Assembly (NCBI GenBank): GCA_035288985.1
Contig: DATDYP010000005.1
Span: forward strand, 1,444-65,443
Reading direction: 5' to 3'
Length of the DNA: 64,000 nucleotides
From: Candidatus Nanoarchaeia archaeon
GTDB taxonomy: Archaea; Nanobdellota; Nanobdellia; Woesearchaeales; GW2011-AR9
Part shown: in pieces, positions 1 through 9,334 of the stretch
How positions within the stretch are numbered: position 1 is the stretch's first letter
Layout: every line of letters begins with the position of its first letter
Position numbers and translations under genes: made by a program
Notes under the pieces: generated by a model
What the model saw: only the letters and a program-made list of their open reading frames with translations
Told to the model about the DNA's origin: nothing
Database searches by the model: none

Positions 1-492
1 GTGAACATGAGCCTACTTGATAAGTATGCAGAACTGATCAGCAGAGGAAACCCGGATTTCATCGAAGTGAAAGCCTACATGTTTGTAGGGCCGTCAATGC
101 AGAGGTTAAGTAAAGAGAACATGCCCCTGCATGAGGAAGTGGTGGTTTTTTCCAAGGAGCTGGAGAGATACCTGTCCGATCACGAGATCGTCTCTGAACA
201 CATCCCCTCCAGAGTGGTCATGTTTGCGAAAAAGAAATACAAAGTTGACGGCGTCTGGAAAACCTGGATTGATTTCCCAAAGTTCCATCAGTTGTATGAG
301 CAGTTCCTGAAAGATGGAAAAGAATTCACTTCTGACGATTATATGCAGCGCACTCCGCAGGTAGGATTAAGCGGAAAGGGGACACTGGCAAATATGCCTG
401 AACTGGTAAGGGAAAAATACCTTAAAGAGCACCCCGAAGCCCATGTCTTTGTTGATGAGAAAACACAGGAATTGGATTTCTACGAGCGTTGA
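1..492 (+). CDS. taw1: tRNA 4-demethylwyosine synthase (Taw1/TYW1-like radical SAM enzyme), C-terminal part; 5' end lies outside the window
   Basis: Frame open from base 1. C-terminal TYW1-like sequence NPDFIEVKAYMFVGPS. Family resemblance only. Confidence 0.55.
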   Translation: MNMSLLDKYAELISRGNPDFIEVKAYMFVGPSMQRLSKENMPLHEEVVVFSKELERYLSDHEIVSEHIPSRVVMFAKKKYKVDGVWKTWIDFPKFHQLYEQFLKDGKEFTSDDYMQRTPQVGLSGKGTLANMPELVREKYLKEHPEAHVFVDEKTQELDFYER

Positions 493-504
493 TTCTTCCA
501 AGCT

Positions 505-1908
505 TTACAAAATTTCCCGTTCAGGTAATTTCAATCTGTGCCCGTGGGGAACGTCTACTTTCAGAAAGTCATGATCCCTTATGTACTCTGGTGTAAGGAT
601 AGCATTAGGGTCTTCGCCGCGCTCAACAGCCCTGGCAGCTTCGGCCATCATAAAATTGATCCAGATCATCTGCGTCTTGTTGTAGATCGGCCCGGTATTG
701 TTGTATCCCCGTGGATCGGCATTGGTGATCACGATGTGATCTATTGCTGGGGTGGTGAGAATTTTTGTCGAGGCGCCGGCAAAATTAGTCCTGGTTGCGT
801 ACACTACTACTTTCGCCGGTTTCCCTCTGATTTTTGGATCGCGGACAATCCCGTCAATATTCATGCCGCTTAAAGCCTGGATGTTCCGTTCCATGGTCAT
901 TCCCGAGCGGATGCAGTCATCGGTAAGGAAAATATACATACCATCTATACCCCGCTCATCTGATAAATTATCAGAATGTGTCAGCCCCAGCATCTTGATA
1001 TTGGCGTTATCTGCTGATTTCTGTTTGTCCATCACCGCCAGTGCTGAATTTTCCAATCCGGAACAGAGCCGTGCCTGTCGCGTAAAATCTTCAGCGCCAA
1101 CATCGGGAGCCATGAATAAGACATTCCTTCCTCCATCAGAAAGGTCAAACTCTAAATTCCGTTTTCCGAAATCAGAAACAAACAAGCCTACCATAGGAGC
1201 AAGATCCACTTCCACAAACCTGATCTGGTACCGCATCGTTGAACCAGGATTGCTATCTCGAAGGGGGGCAAGCTTTTCGTTCACTTCTGCACACATCCGT
1301 TCCAAATCGCGTGGAGCATGACAGTGAGGAGTGATGATTGTATCTACTCCTGCCATGGCATACTGCTGTAATAGCAAACCGGCCATAGGAGCCTGCCCAT
1401 CAGCTTTGAACAGCGCTGTCTGGGACTGCATCCTTGGATGATCTGTATCATGGACGCCCCTCTCCTGAGCGCTGTAATTAAGCGTGTAGGCAAGAAGAAC
1501 AACCGCTTCGGCACCGTTATACTTAGCTGTAGCAGCGATCATCTGATTCATCATGGCTAAAGCTTGGGGATCAAACTGCTTGCTGTAGGTATGTACTAGA
1601 TAGACAACTCTTCCTTTCAAACCAGAGCCAAACTGCGTTTGTCCGTCTGGACTACGATAATTAAGTAAATAACGAGAATATTGTTCCTGCGCCAAGGCAT
1701 TTCGAGTTTGGAAGGTAGGTGTGTATTCCTCATCAGAATGAAGGCTATGCCCGATCAGCAGTTCCGGCTGGTTTGCTGAAACACCTAAATGTCCTGCAAT
1801 TCTCTGTGGTTCCTTTGGACCGGACCTGGTAGTGACAACAACTCTTTCTTCAGGATTAAGAAGCCTGTCCCCGAGCTTATAACTGGCTTTATGGAAAGGG
1901 TATAACAT
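505..1908 (-). CDS. Ribose-phosphate pyrophosphokinase (PRPP synthetase)-like protein, unusually long (467 aa)
   Basis: PRPP-binding loop YIFLTDDCIRSGMT and ITPHCH motif. Two-lobed PRTase-like layout with extra N- and C-terminal sequence. Confidence 0.5.
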   Translation of the reverse strand: MLYPFHKASYKLGDRLLNPEERVVVTTRSGPKEPQRIAGHLGVSANQPELLIGHSLHSDEEYTPTFQTRNALAQEQYSRYLLNYRSPDGQTQFGSGLKGRVVYLVHTYSKQFDPQALAMMNQMIAATAKYNGAEAVVLLAYTLNYSAQERGVHDTDHPRMQSQTALFKADGQAPMAGLLLQQYAMAGVDTIITPHCHAPRDLERMCAEVNEKLAPLRDSNPGSTMRYQIRFVEVDLAPMVGLFVSDFGKRNLEFDLSDGGRNVLFMAPDVGAEDFTRQARLCSGLENSALAVMDKQKSADNANIKMLGLTHSDNLSDERGIDGMYIFLTDDCIRSGMTMERNIQALSGMNIDGIVRDPKIRGKPAKVVVYATRTNFAGASTKILTTPAIDHIVITNADPRGYNNTGPIYNKTQMIWINFMMAEAARAVERGEDPNAILTPEYIRDHDFLKVDVPHGHRLKLPEREIL

Positions 1909-2018
1909 GCGTGCAATTCTTTCATTTTCCTTTTTATCTTTTTCTGGGCTGGAGTAGTTAGTTTCAGGTGGCTGTGAAACATAAATTATTTAAATAATAA
2001 TCATTAGTTGAATGTAAA

Positions 2019-2300
2019 ATGAGATTTACAGATGAACTGAAATATGCTGGAAAGATAGCAAAACATTTCGTAACTGTCGTTGGCAGTGATGATGATGGAA
2101 TGAGACAACAAGCCCGGCAAATGGTTGTTGCAGAAGTTGCGAAGCATGTGTGCGACAGGGACGAAAATAAAAGATTTGATCCAGTGTATCAAGATCTTTG
2201 GCGTGTTGCTGAGAAATGTGGGTACACTGAGCGTGGAAGTACTACCCCTCATGGTGAATTCGCGAGGTTAGCTGGTTTGGAGAACCTTTTACCAGACTAA
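2019..2300 (+). CDS. Hypothetical protein (93 aa)
   Basis: ORF only; no recognisable motif. Confidence 0.3.
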   Translation: MRFTDELKYAGKIAKHFVTVVGSDDDGMRQQARQMVVAEVAKHVCDRDENKRFDPVYQDLWRVAEKCGYTERGSTTPHGEFARLAGLENLLPD

Positions 2301-2421
2301 TTTTGTATTAGACAAAAATCGTTTCAGGCAAAAACTATCAGAAAACTGTTGGTTTTCTGGAAGTTTCCGGAAATCAATGGATTTCCGATAACCTTATAAA
2401 AACCTCTCATTATTTCTGTCC

Positions 2422-2628
2422 ATGACCTTAACAACAGAAGATAAGCTGGTGCTCAAGGCGCTGGTAGAGAAAGAGCTGGCAGATATCCGAAAGGATGAGA
2501 AAAACTTCAAGGTTGTCAACTCCCCAGTATTAAGCAGCATTGTCCGCACCAGGGAGAATGATTTTCCCTTTCTGAAAAGCGCTAAGCTCTACGAGAAGTA
2601 CCTGGAAGCCTTGCAGAAAAAACTCTAA
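2422..2628 (+). CDS. Hypothetical small protein (68 aa), 2 nt upstream of pfdA
   Basis: ORF with TATA-like ccttataaaaacc about 25 nt upstream. Tightly coupled to the prefoldin gene. Confidence 0.35.
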   Translation: MTLTTEDKLVLKALVEKELADIRKDEKNFKVVNSPVLSSIVRTRENDFPFLKSAKLYEKYLEALQKKL

Positions 2629-2630
2629 CC

Positions 2631-3032
2631 ATGGAAAAAGAAGAACGATTGAAAGAGAAGTACTTGCAGTTCCAGATGATCCAGCAGCAGATTGAGCAGA
2701 TAACCCAGCATGTTGAAGCGCTCAACCAGAGAAATGCTGAAGTGGATGTTTCTATCGAAGCGATTACAGAGCTTGGAAAAACGAAGAAGGATACTGAGAT
2801 CCTCTCGCCAATTGCTAACGGCATTTTTGTCAAGGCCGAACTGAAAGATAATGCTGCTCTGATTGTCAATGTCGGCGCAGATACTGCTGTGGAGAAGACA
2901 ATATCAGAAATAGTTGAAATCCTGAAACAGCAGCAGCAGGAAATTGCAGAAAATATTGTCGAAGCGGAAAAAGTATTCGCGATGCTGCAAGAGCAGGCCA
3001 TGAATATCTATAAAGAAGTGGAAGAGGAGTAG
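2631..3032 (+). CDS. pfdA: Prefoldin alpha subunit
   Basis: Coiled-coil N and C termini flank EILSPIANGIFVKAELKD..LIVNVGADTAVEKT beta-hairpins. Lies directly upstream of ftsY, as in many archaea. Confidence 0.7.
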   Translation: MEKEERLKEKYLQFQMIQQQIEQITQHVEALNQRNAEVDVSIEAITELGKTKKDTEILSPIANGIFVKAELKDNAALIVNVGADTAVEKTISEIVEILKQQQQEIAENIVEAEKVFAMLQEQAMNIYKEVEEE

Positions 3033-3033
3033 A

Positions 3034-5040
3034 ATGTTTGGCAAGCTTAAAGAGAAATTAAAGAGCACCTTATCCATCTTCTCAAAGAAAGCTGAAGAAG
3101 AAGCTGAAGTCAAAGAAGAGGTTATTGAGAAGATAGAAGAGGAAGTACAACAAAAAGAAGTTGTTAAGCCTAGGGAAGTCAAAAAAGAGCCGAAAGCTGA
3201 GAAGGAAAAAAAGGAGCCGATAAAGGAGCCAAAAGAGCCGCGACAAAGAAGTGTACTTTTATTCCACGGCTGGGAAGATAATTCTGAATCAGGCTTCATA
3301 CCTTCTCTGCGGGAGTATTTGAATAAGCATGGCTATAAAGCCAAGTCATTTGACCAGCCTAACACTGAAGCGCCGGAATTTGAACAGTGGTTTTCGTTTG
3401 CGGAAGAGAAGATTCACGATTCAAACAAAGAAGATCTCAGTCTCATCGGGCACAGTATGGGCGGATTGCTGGCTTTAAAAGTAGCGGAAAAATACAACAT
3501 TAAAAAACTCATTCTCATCGCTCCAGTCGGTTCGAGACCATCAGAGAAGTATTTTACAGAGATGGGGAAGAGATTAAACCGGGAAGATCTGGATATTTTC
3601 AAAAAATATCAGAACCAGTCTTTGAATAGTGCAGCAATAAAGAAGAATGCAGTGGAAATTGCCTTTGTCTTTGGACTGAAAGATCCCTGGATAACTGAGG
3701 AGATCAGGAATTTCTACATCGAATCGTTCAAAGATGTTGCAGAGATCCATGTTTTTGACCGCTACCTGCATATGAGCGAGAGCGAAGGTGTTACAGACCT
3801 GCCTATTGTACGAGAACTGTTTGCAAGGAAAATAAAACCTAGTGTGGTTGAGCACAAGGATCAGAAGAAAGAAAAAGTTGTTGAAGAAAAGCCTGAGGAA
3901 AAAGAAGGAGTTAAGGAAAAATCTAAAGAAAAGAAAGTTAAGGAAGAACCAACTGAAGAAAAACCTGAAAAAAAATCATTCTTACACAAATTATTCAGCA
4001 AAAAAGAAGAAAAGGAAGAAGCTGTTGAAGAGAAGAAAGAGACAAAACCTGAGATAAAAAAAGTAGAGGAAAGAGCAGAGCCTCAGGAAGCACCAAAAAT
4101 AAAGATCCAAGAGGAAAAAGGAAAAGAGGTACCAGAAAGAGAAGAAGCAGAAGAGCCCGAAGAAAAAAGATCATTTTTCAGCAAAGTAAAACAATCACTA
4201 ACCACAAAAACGATCTCAGCAGAGAAATTTGAAGAATTATTCTGGGATTTGGAGATAGTGCTTCTGGAAAATAATGTCTCTGTGGAAGTCATTGAAAAGA
4301 TCAAAGAAGACCTGAAAGAGGAGTTAGTAGAAAAACCTCTTCCCAGAGATGTGCCGCGGAAGATTGAAGAGACGCTCAAACAGACGCTGAAAGAGATTCT
4401 AACCTATGAACCCATTGACTTGCTGAAAAAAGCAAACAGCAAGAAAGGGCCGTTTGTGATTGCCGTGTTTGGCATTAATGGGACTGGCAAGACCACCTCC
4501 ATCGCCAAGCTGGCGCACTATTTCCAGAAAAACAATATCTCGGTTGTTCTGGCTGCCTGCGATACCTTCAGAGCTGCAGCAATCCAGCAGTTAGAAGAAC
4601 ATGCTGACAAGCTGGGAGTGAAGATGATCAAGCATGATTACGGCTCGGATGCTGCTGCTGTAGCCTTTGACGCGATCAAGTATGCAGAGAAAAACAATAT
4701 CAAAGTGGTGATGATCGATACTGCTGGAAGGCTGCATTCCAACACCAACCTCATGGCTGAACTGGAAAAAATCATCCGGGTGGCTAAGCCTGACTTTAAG
4801 ATTTTTGTCGGCGAGAGCATCACCGGTAATGATTGTATTGAACAGGCTAAGACTTTCAACAAGCTTGTGGAGATGGACGGTGCTATCTTAACCAAAGCAG
4901 ATGTGGATGAGAAAGGAGGAGCACCGTTGTCTATCTCTTATACAATTAAGAAACCAATCCTGTTTCTAGGCATCGGACAGCGCTACCAGGATTTAGAAGA
5001 ATTTAATGCTGAAGTAATTCTGAAAAGATTAGGGTTTTGA
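3034..5040 (+). CDS. ftsY: Signal recognition particle receptor FtsY with an embedded alpha/beta-hydrolase domain
   Basis: C-terminal NG domain: GINGTGKTT, DTAGR, TKADVD. N-terminal MFGKLKEKLK motif. Residues ~73-265 look like a serine hydrolase (LLFHGW, GHSMGG) and are flanked by K/E-rich linkers. Confidence 0.85.
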   Translation: MFGKLKEKLKSTLSIFSKKAEEEAEVKEEVIEKIEEEVQQKEVVKPREVKKEPKAEKEKKEPIKEPKEPRQRSVLLFHGWEDNSESGFIPSLREYLNKHGYKAKSFDQPNTEAPEFEQWFSFAEEKIHDSNKEDLSLIGHSMGGLLALKVAEKYNIKKLILIAPVGSRPSEKYFTEMGKRLNREDLDIFKKYQNQSLNSAAIKKNAVEIAFVFGLKDPWITEEIRNFYIESFKDVAEIHVFDRYLHMSESEGVTDLPIVRELFARKIKPSVVEHKDQKKEKVVEEKPEEKEGVKEKSKEKKVKEEPTEEKPEKKSFLHKLFSKKEEKEEAVEEKKETKPEIKKVEERAEPQEAPKIKIQEEKGKEVPEREEAEEPEEKRSFFSKVKQSLTTKTISAEKFEELFWDLEIVLLENNVSVEVIEKIKEDLKEELVEKPLPRDVPRKIEETLKQTLKEILTYEPIDLLKKANSKKGPFVIAVFGINGTGKTTSIAKLAHYFQKNNISVVLAACDTFRAAAIQQLEEHADKLGVKMIKHDYGSDAAAVAFDAIKYAEKNNIKVVMIDTAGRLHSNTNLMAELEKIIRVAKPDFKIFVGESITGNDCIEQAKTFNKLVEMDGAILTKADVDEKGGAPLSISYTIKKPILFLGIGQRYQDLEEFNAEVILKRLGF

Positions 5041-5045
5041 TTGAT

Positions 5046-5822
5046 TCAGATTCCATCACCCTTTCGACCTAAAACTCTGTCAAGATGAGCTAAAACTATC
5101 GCAAGTTCCTCTTTTGAGAGGAATAGGCCAGGATTAGAATAAAAGTCTTGAGGTGATGGCATATCTGTAGAAGGGCGCCTGCGCTTTGCAACATGAGGCT
5201 TCGCAATCTCCACTCCAATAGTGTCTATGATCTCAGGAGAAACTGCTTGAGGCTGTACGGCCCTAGTCCACCTCTTGCCATAGGAAGTAGTCTTTAAACC
5301 AGGCACTTGAGAAAATTGAATTAAAAGATTGTCAATAGCTTCATATTCGGTATTTACTTTTCTGGCAGGCACATTGGAAAATGCAACTTGGTTGTCTGGA
5401 AAAGAATGATCAGGAGATTGTAATGAATACCAGTGAATATGCGGCGCTCCTAAATATCCTTTCGGAAGACCTACAATATCCCCAGCCCTGACAACATCTC
5501 CTACTTCATAAACAGGATCAAGATGCTCAATACGCACGGCGGAACCATCCTCATGCTCAATAACGATAAGATTAGTTGCATGAGCATCAGAGTAAAGACC
5601 ATCTCTCCGCACTGTATAAACTACCCCATCTCGGGATGCAGTGATCGGAGTCTGTGGAGTAACCCGGAAAAAGAAAGCGCTTCCAGGAATGAGTAAATCA
5701 TTTACTACCGCTGAAAGGGATGGATTAGACCCTACATTAAGGTCAGTCGGATGGGGCACTCTGATGCGATCATATAAAGCAGCTACATCTTCTTCCAAAA
5801 ACGGTAATCTGTATTCAGCCAT
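5046..5822 (-). CDS. M23/LytM-like peptidase domain protein (putative)
   Basis: LIVIEHEDGSAVRIEHL..VGDVVRAGDIVG..GAPHIHW matches the M23 core ending in HxH. The N-terminal HxxxD motif is not clear. Confidence 0.4.
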   Translation of the reverse strand: MAEYRLPFLEEDVAALYDRIRVPHPTDLNVGSNPSLSAVVNDLLIPGSAFFFRVTPQTPITASRDGVVYTVRRDGLYSDAHATNLIVIEHEDGSAVRIEHLDPVYEVGDVVRAGDIVGLPKGYLGAPHIHWYSLQSPDHSFPDNQVAFSNVPARKVNTEYEAIDNLLIQFSQVPGLKTTSYGKRWTRAVQPQAVSPEIIDTIGVEIAKPHVAKRRRPSTDMPSPQDFYSNPGLFLSKEELAIVLAHLDRVLGRKGDGI

Positions 5823-5938
5823 AATGAGAGAAAATGAAGGGATGATTTATAAAATTTTCTTTTTTACTTACTTGAGAGGAGTTAAAGTTGATGGGAGAAA
5901 CTACTATCGCCCACAACTCACAAAACTCCACCGATATC

Positions 5939-5946
5939 TTTATAAA
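5939..5946 (+). promoter_or_regulatory. TATA box (tttataaa) for secE
   Basis: 22 nt upstream of ATG 5969. Same spacing as other promoters in this window. Confidence 0.45.
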
Positions 5947-5968
5947 TCAACCTCATCCTCAGAGGGTC

Positions 5969-6160
5969 ATGGATGTCGTTGAGGAAACACGAAAGCAGAA
6001 GGTAAAAAGGTTTATAAAGGAAACTATCAGGGTATTACGTATCACCAAAAAGCCAAGTAAGGAAGAATATATCAGCATTGTCAAAGTTACTGGTGTGGGC
6101 ATCGCCGTCCTTGGGACTCTCGGCTTGGTAGTGTTCCTGGGAAAACAGCTCTTATTTTAG
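5969..6160 (+). CDS. secE: Protein translocase subunit SecE (Sec61-gamma)
   Basis: Basic KKPSKEEY followed by a single TM helix VTGVGIAVLGTLGLVVFLG. Immediately upstream of spt5. The ORF-track start at 5888 is probably too far upstream. Confidence 0.65.
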   Translation: MDVVEETRKQKVKRFIKETIRVLRITKKPSKEEYISIVKVTGVGIAVLGTLGLVVFLGKQLLF

Positions 6161-6167
6161 GGAAAAC

Positions 6168-6641
6168 ATGGAAAGCAAAATATTCGGATTAAGGACAGCT
6201 GCAAACAGGGAAGATCAGGTTGTAGACTATCTTATCTCCAAGCTGCAGAAGAAGCCGCAAGGGGTTTTAGCTGTCATCAGGCCCCATGGCATGAGAGGAT
6301 ACATCTTTATTGAAGCATCGTCTAAACAGGATGCCGAAGCAACATTACAGGGTGTTCCTTATGCAAGAGGACTTCTTCCACACGAAATTCCCTATCCTGA
6401 AATTGAACACATGCTTGAGCAGGTCAAGGTAGAGATGAATATCAGGAAGAAAGATATCGTTGAAATCATTTCCGGTCCATTCAAGCGCGAGAATGCAAAG
6501 GTCATCAGAATTAACAAGCAGAAGGAAGAAATTGTTGTAGAATTGCTTGAAGCGGCCGTGCCTATTCCCATCACCGTAAAGATGGATGCTGTCAAAGTCG
6601 TCAGGCGGGAAAGTTCTGAAGACGATGAAGACAAAGAGTGA
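6168..6641 (+). CDS. spt5: Transcription elongation factor Spt5 (NusG homolog)
   Basis: NGN domain plus KOW motif KKDIVEIISGPFKRENAKVIRI. Conserved secE-spt5 gene order. Confidence 0.85.
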   Translation: MESKIFGLRTAANREDQVVDYLISKLQKKPQGVLAVIRPHGMRGYIFIEASSKQDAEATLQGVPYARGLLPHEIPYPEIEHMLEQVKVEMNIRKKDIVEIISGPFKRENAKVIRINKQKEEIVVELLEAAVPIPITVKMDAVKVVRRESSEDDEDKE

Positions 6642-6683
6642 TTCTTCATATAATTTTTAAACGCCTCATTTTTCTGCATTATT

Positions 6684-7145
6684 ATGACTTCACTACCAGA
6701 CTATCTTCGGCAATTGCGCCGCTCCAGAGGACTAAGTGCAGAAAGCTTAAGCTTGATCATACAGGATGCTGTTCCTGCAGATGTGGGAAAAAGATCCGCA
6801 TCAACTATCTGCAGTTATATCTGGGAATTTGAAAAAGGCTTGGGAAGCTTCAATAGAGCGCTGGCAGGGGATGATCCATATAAAACTGTCCTTCTTCTGT
6901 ATGTCGGCGCGCTGAATCCTTCGGAAGAGGAACAAGAGGCACTATCCCAGATGCTTTCTCCTTATGCAGACAGGAAGATGCAACAGAGCTTCTTCAGAGA
7001 AGTTTCACGCTTACAACCAGATCCAGCGCTGCTGCTGACACCTGGAAAGATGTTAGATAAACTTCCTGATGGAGATGATAAAGATCAACTGGTACGAAAA
7101 GTGGAGAGGTTATATCAAAGGTATTCAGGTGTAAAAAAGAGATGA
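6684..7145 (+). CDS. Hypothetical protein with possible N-terminal XRE-like HTH
   Basis: LRQLRRSRGLSAESLSLIIQ resembles an HTH. Otherwise unknown. Confidence 0.3.
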   Translation: MTSLPDYLRQLRRSRGLSAESLSLIIQDAVPADVGKRSASTICSYIWEFEKGLGSFNRALAGDDPYKTVLLLYVGALNPSEEEQEALSQMLSPYADRKMQQSFFREVSRLQPDPALLLTPGKMLDKLPDGDDKDQLVRKVERLYQRYSGVKKR

Positions 7146-7175
7146 TTGTTTAAGGACTGATCTTTATGATTTATT

Positions 7176-8000
7176 TCACTCCCGCATCAAACGGGAATCC
7201 TCCCGGTAATCCTTATATACATCAATAATGTTCAACTGCAGCATCAAGGCAATTTCATCTAACACAGCCTGATCCAAAAATGTCCCTATTCTCAGGGATT
7301 TTCTATCACCCAGGGCTGGCAAGGGCATCTCGGCTGTTACCTTAATAAGATCATCCAATGCAAGGAGATCTTTGCCATCAGCAGTTTCAAGATACAGTTT
7401 ACCCAGCAAGCGCTCTGCGATTTTAACGTTATTTTTAGTTGCCCTTGGAACCTTGAAATTAGAACGCCGTAAAGTTCCATCTACTGCGTTTACAAAACTA
7501 CATCCTAAATCAAGATACAAAATATTTCCCGTTTCAGCAACATAGCGAAAGTTCTGAGCCTTATTAGAAACATCTGACACCAGCAGAAGGTCACGGTATA
7601 ATTTATCCCTTTCCAAGGCGCGCTGTCTTCCTTCAGAATCCTGTACGGGAGGCACTTCCATGATCTCAGAGACGAAGTAGAGAGGCATGCGTTCATTAAT
7701 TCTGGGAATATCACGCGAATCATAACTTACTTTAAGGCTTCCATCATTCACCAAGACATAGAAGTTCGGCGCATGCAATCCTGCCCGTTGAGCAAGGTGA
7801 AGTGTGATCGCTTCATAAATCGGCTGTTCGATGTGATCAAAAGGAAGTTCATCCCCGGTTACAGAAACGCCATTAGCAAATGAAGAACTATGGCAATATT
7901 TGAGATAGGCGTGAAATTCACGATTGCCCACTCTCACAATAGCTTTCCCGCCTGGATTAGAGCCTTTTCTACCAGTATAAAAATGGATGTCTACGGTCAT
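7176..8000 (-). CDS. Hypothetical protein with a kinase-like motif arrangement (atypical PI3/4-kinase or protein-kinase-like fold, speculative)
   Basis: G-rich loop GRKGSNPGGKAIV, then DVSNKAQN and YLDLG, spaced like catalytic and DFG-type motifs. ATG at 8000 preferred over TTG at 8027. Confidence 0.3.
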   Translation of the reverse strand: MTVDIHFYTGRKGSNPGGKAIVRVGNREFHAYLKYCHSSSFANGVSVTGDELPFDHIEQPIYEAITLHLAQRAGLHAPNFYVLVNDGSLKVSYDSRDIPRINERMPLYFVSEIMEVPPVQDSEGRQRALERDKLYRDLLLVSDVSNKAQNFRYVAETGNILYLDLGCSFVNAVDGTLRRSNFKVPRATKNNVKIAERLLGKLYLETADGKDLLALDDLIKVTAEMPLPALGDRKSLRIGTFLDQAVLDEIALMLQLNIIDVYKDYREDSRLMRE

Positions 8001-8023
8001 ATTAAAAACCTGCTGATTAAAAA

Positions 8024-8788
8024 TCAACCTCGTTTAAGCGTGTCTTTAAGTTCTCTAAGATAACGTCCACTCGGTCCGAGATCTATCCGTTTTCCATTCT
8101 CGGAAAGAACGTATCTTTTTGCTAATTCGTATAATTTCGCCTTTTGCTCTCTATCAAGTTCGTAGGCAAGCACTCCTGGTCCAATCTTTCTATGTTCTAA
8201 AACTCCAACCATATGGAGCACATCTAAAAAATGGCTCTCCTCATGCTCAGCAGGTTCTAGTTTACCCTTTATTAGTCTGGAAGGTGTAGCCACTCGGACA
8301 GGGATTCCTAATACATAAATCGTTTCAACATCAGCTTCAGAGAAAGTATCCCCATCTTTCATAAGAGTATAATCTATTTTACATTCAGCGGTATCAACAT
8401 TGCCTTTTGGTCCTAATTTAAGGGTTATTTTATTCTCTAAATTAGGGCTTTCCCGATCATTTGTTACATCATAAGTAGACCTCAGGGCATTTAAAACTCC
8501 TCTTGATCCCTGCATGTCGATATCATCAGATCCACGCCAAACAGGGATGATTCTATCGCCAAATCTACTAACAAGTTGGGATAGTACCCCATATCCACCA
8601 AAAAGATGCTGTTGCTTATCTAAGTCGTATAGGATGGTTAAAGCAGAGATGTCACCAATATACCCTAAGACTGTTTTGGTAGGCTCTGGAGTTCTATCTA
8701 CTATTCTAAAAATCTCCTCCAGGTCAGCTTCGGTAAGATCACCCTGTAATCTATTAGCTAAGTAATCATCCCTTATTTTAAATGTCAT
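8024..8788 (-). CDS. Nucleotidyltransferase-fold protein (AbiEii/DUF1814-like, putative)
   Basis: FGGYGVLSQLVS...RGSDDIDM resembles the GG...DxD Pol-beta/AbiEii signature. Leaderless ATG 24 nt after a TATA at ~8812-8819. Confidence 0.4.
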   Translation of the reverse strand: MTFKIRDDYLANRLQGDLTEADLEEIFRIVDRTPEPTKTVLGYIGDISALTILYDLDKQQHLFGGYGVLSQLVSRFGDRIIPVWRGSDDIDMQGSRGVLNALRSTYDVTNDRESPNLENKITLKLGPKGNVDTAECKIDYTLMKDGDTFSEADVETIYVLGIPVRVATPSRLIKGKLEPAEHEESHFLDVLHMVGVLEHRKIGPGVLAYELDREQKAKLYELAKRYVLSENGKRIDLGPSGRYLRELKDTLKRG

Positions 8789-8916
8789 AAAGGTAAAAGA
8801 AGTTACGTATTTATAAATTTTTCCTTATTTTATTACTAAACAGTAGTTACAAAACAAGTAGTCATACCCTAAGCATAATTTCAGGTATCATCAGTCATAG
8901 AAGGGGTAATTAGAAC

Positions 8917-9231
8917 TCAAATCTCAACCATCTCAATCTCAATATTGAGGTTTTCAGGGATGGGGACTCTCATCACCAGGCGTAAGGTCCGCTCATCAGC
9001 ATTAAGATCGATCAGCCGCTTGTGGACCCGCATTTCGTAGCGTTCCCAGCTGGCTTTCCCCTCACCGGAGGGCGACTTACGCGTGGTAACCTTTAATTTT
9101 TTTGTGGGAAGAGGAATAGGGCCGTGAAGCTTGACGCCAGTTTTTTCAGCTATCTCTCTAATATCTCTGCAAATCTGATTGATTTTGTCAATCTCGATAC
9201 TGGCTAATTTTATTCTCGCTCTTTGCACCAT
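8917..9231 (-). CDS. rps10: 30S ribosomal protein S10 (uS10)
   Basis: RIKLASIEIDKINQICRDI...GPIPLPTKKL...HKRLIDL. Downstream of tuf, as in the archaeal str cluster. Confidence 0.9.
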   Translation of the reverse strand: MVQRARIKLASIEIDKINQICRDIREIAEKTGVKLHGPIPLPTKKLKVTTRKSPSGEGKASWERYEMRVHKRLIDLNADERTLRLVMRVPIPENLNIEIEMVEI

Positions 9232-9334
9232 TTTTCATTCCTACACAATAAATGCACGTCTTTGCTTATTGTGCCTTTTTAACTTAGTTGAGTGTAAATA
9301 TTAATAATAAATAAAACAAGCGTAATTACACCAA

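Noticed and set aside
3090-4200. Highly repetitive GAA/AAA/AAG-rich DNA that might be a tandem repeat or array
   Set aside because: It is in frame within ftsY and encodes K/E-rich linker sequence. There is no fixed period and no spacer-repeat organisation, so it is low-complexity coding sequence.
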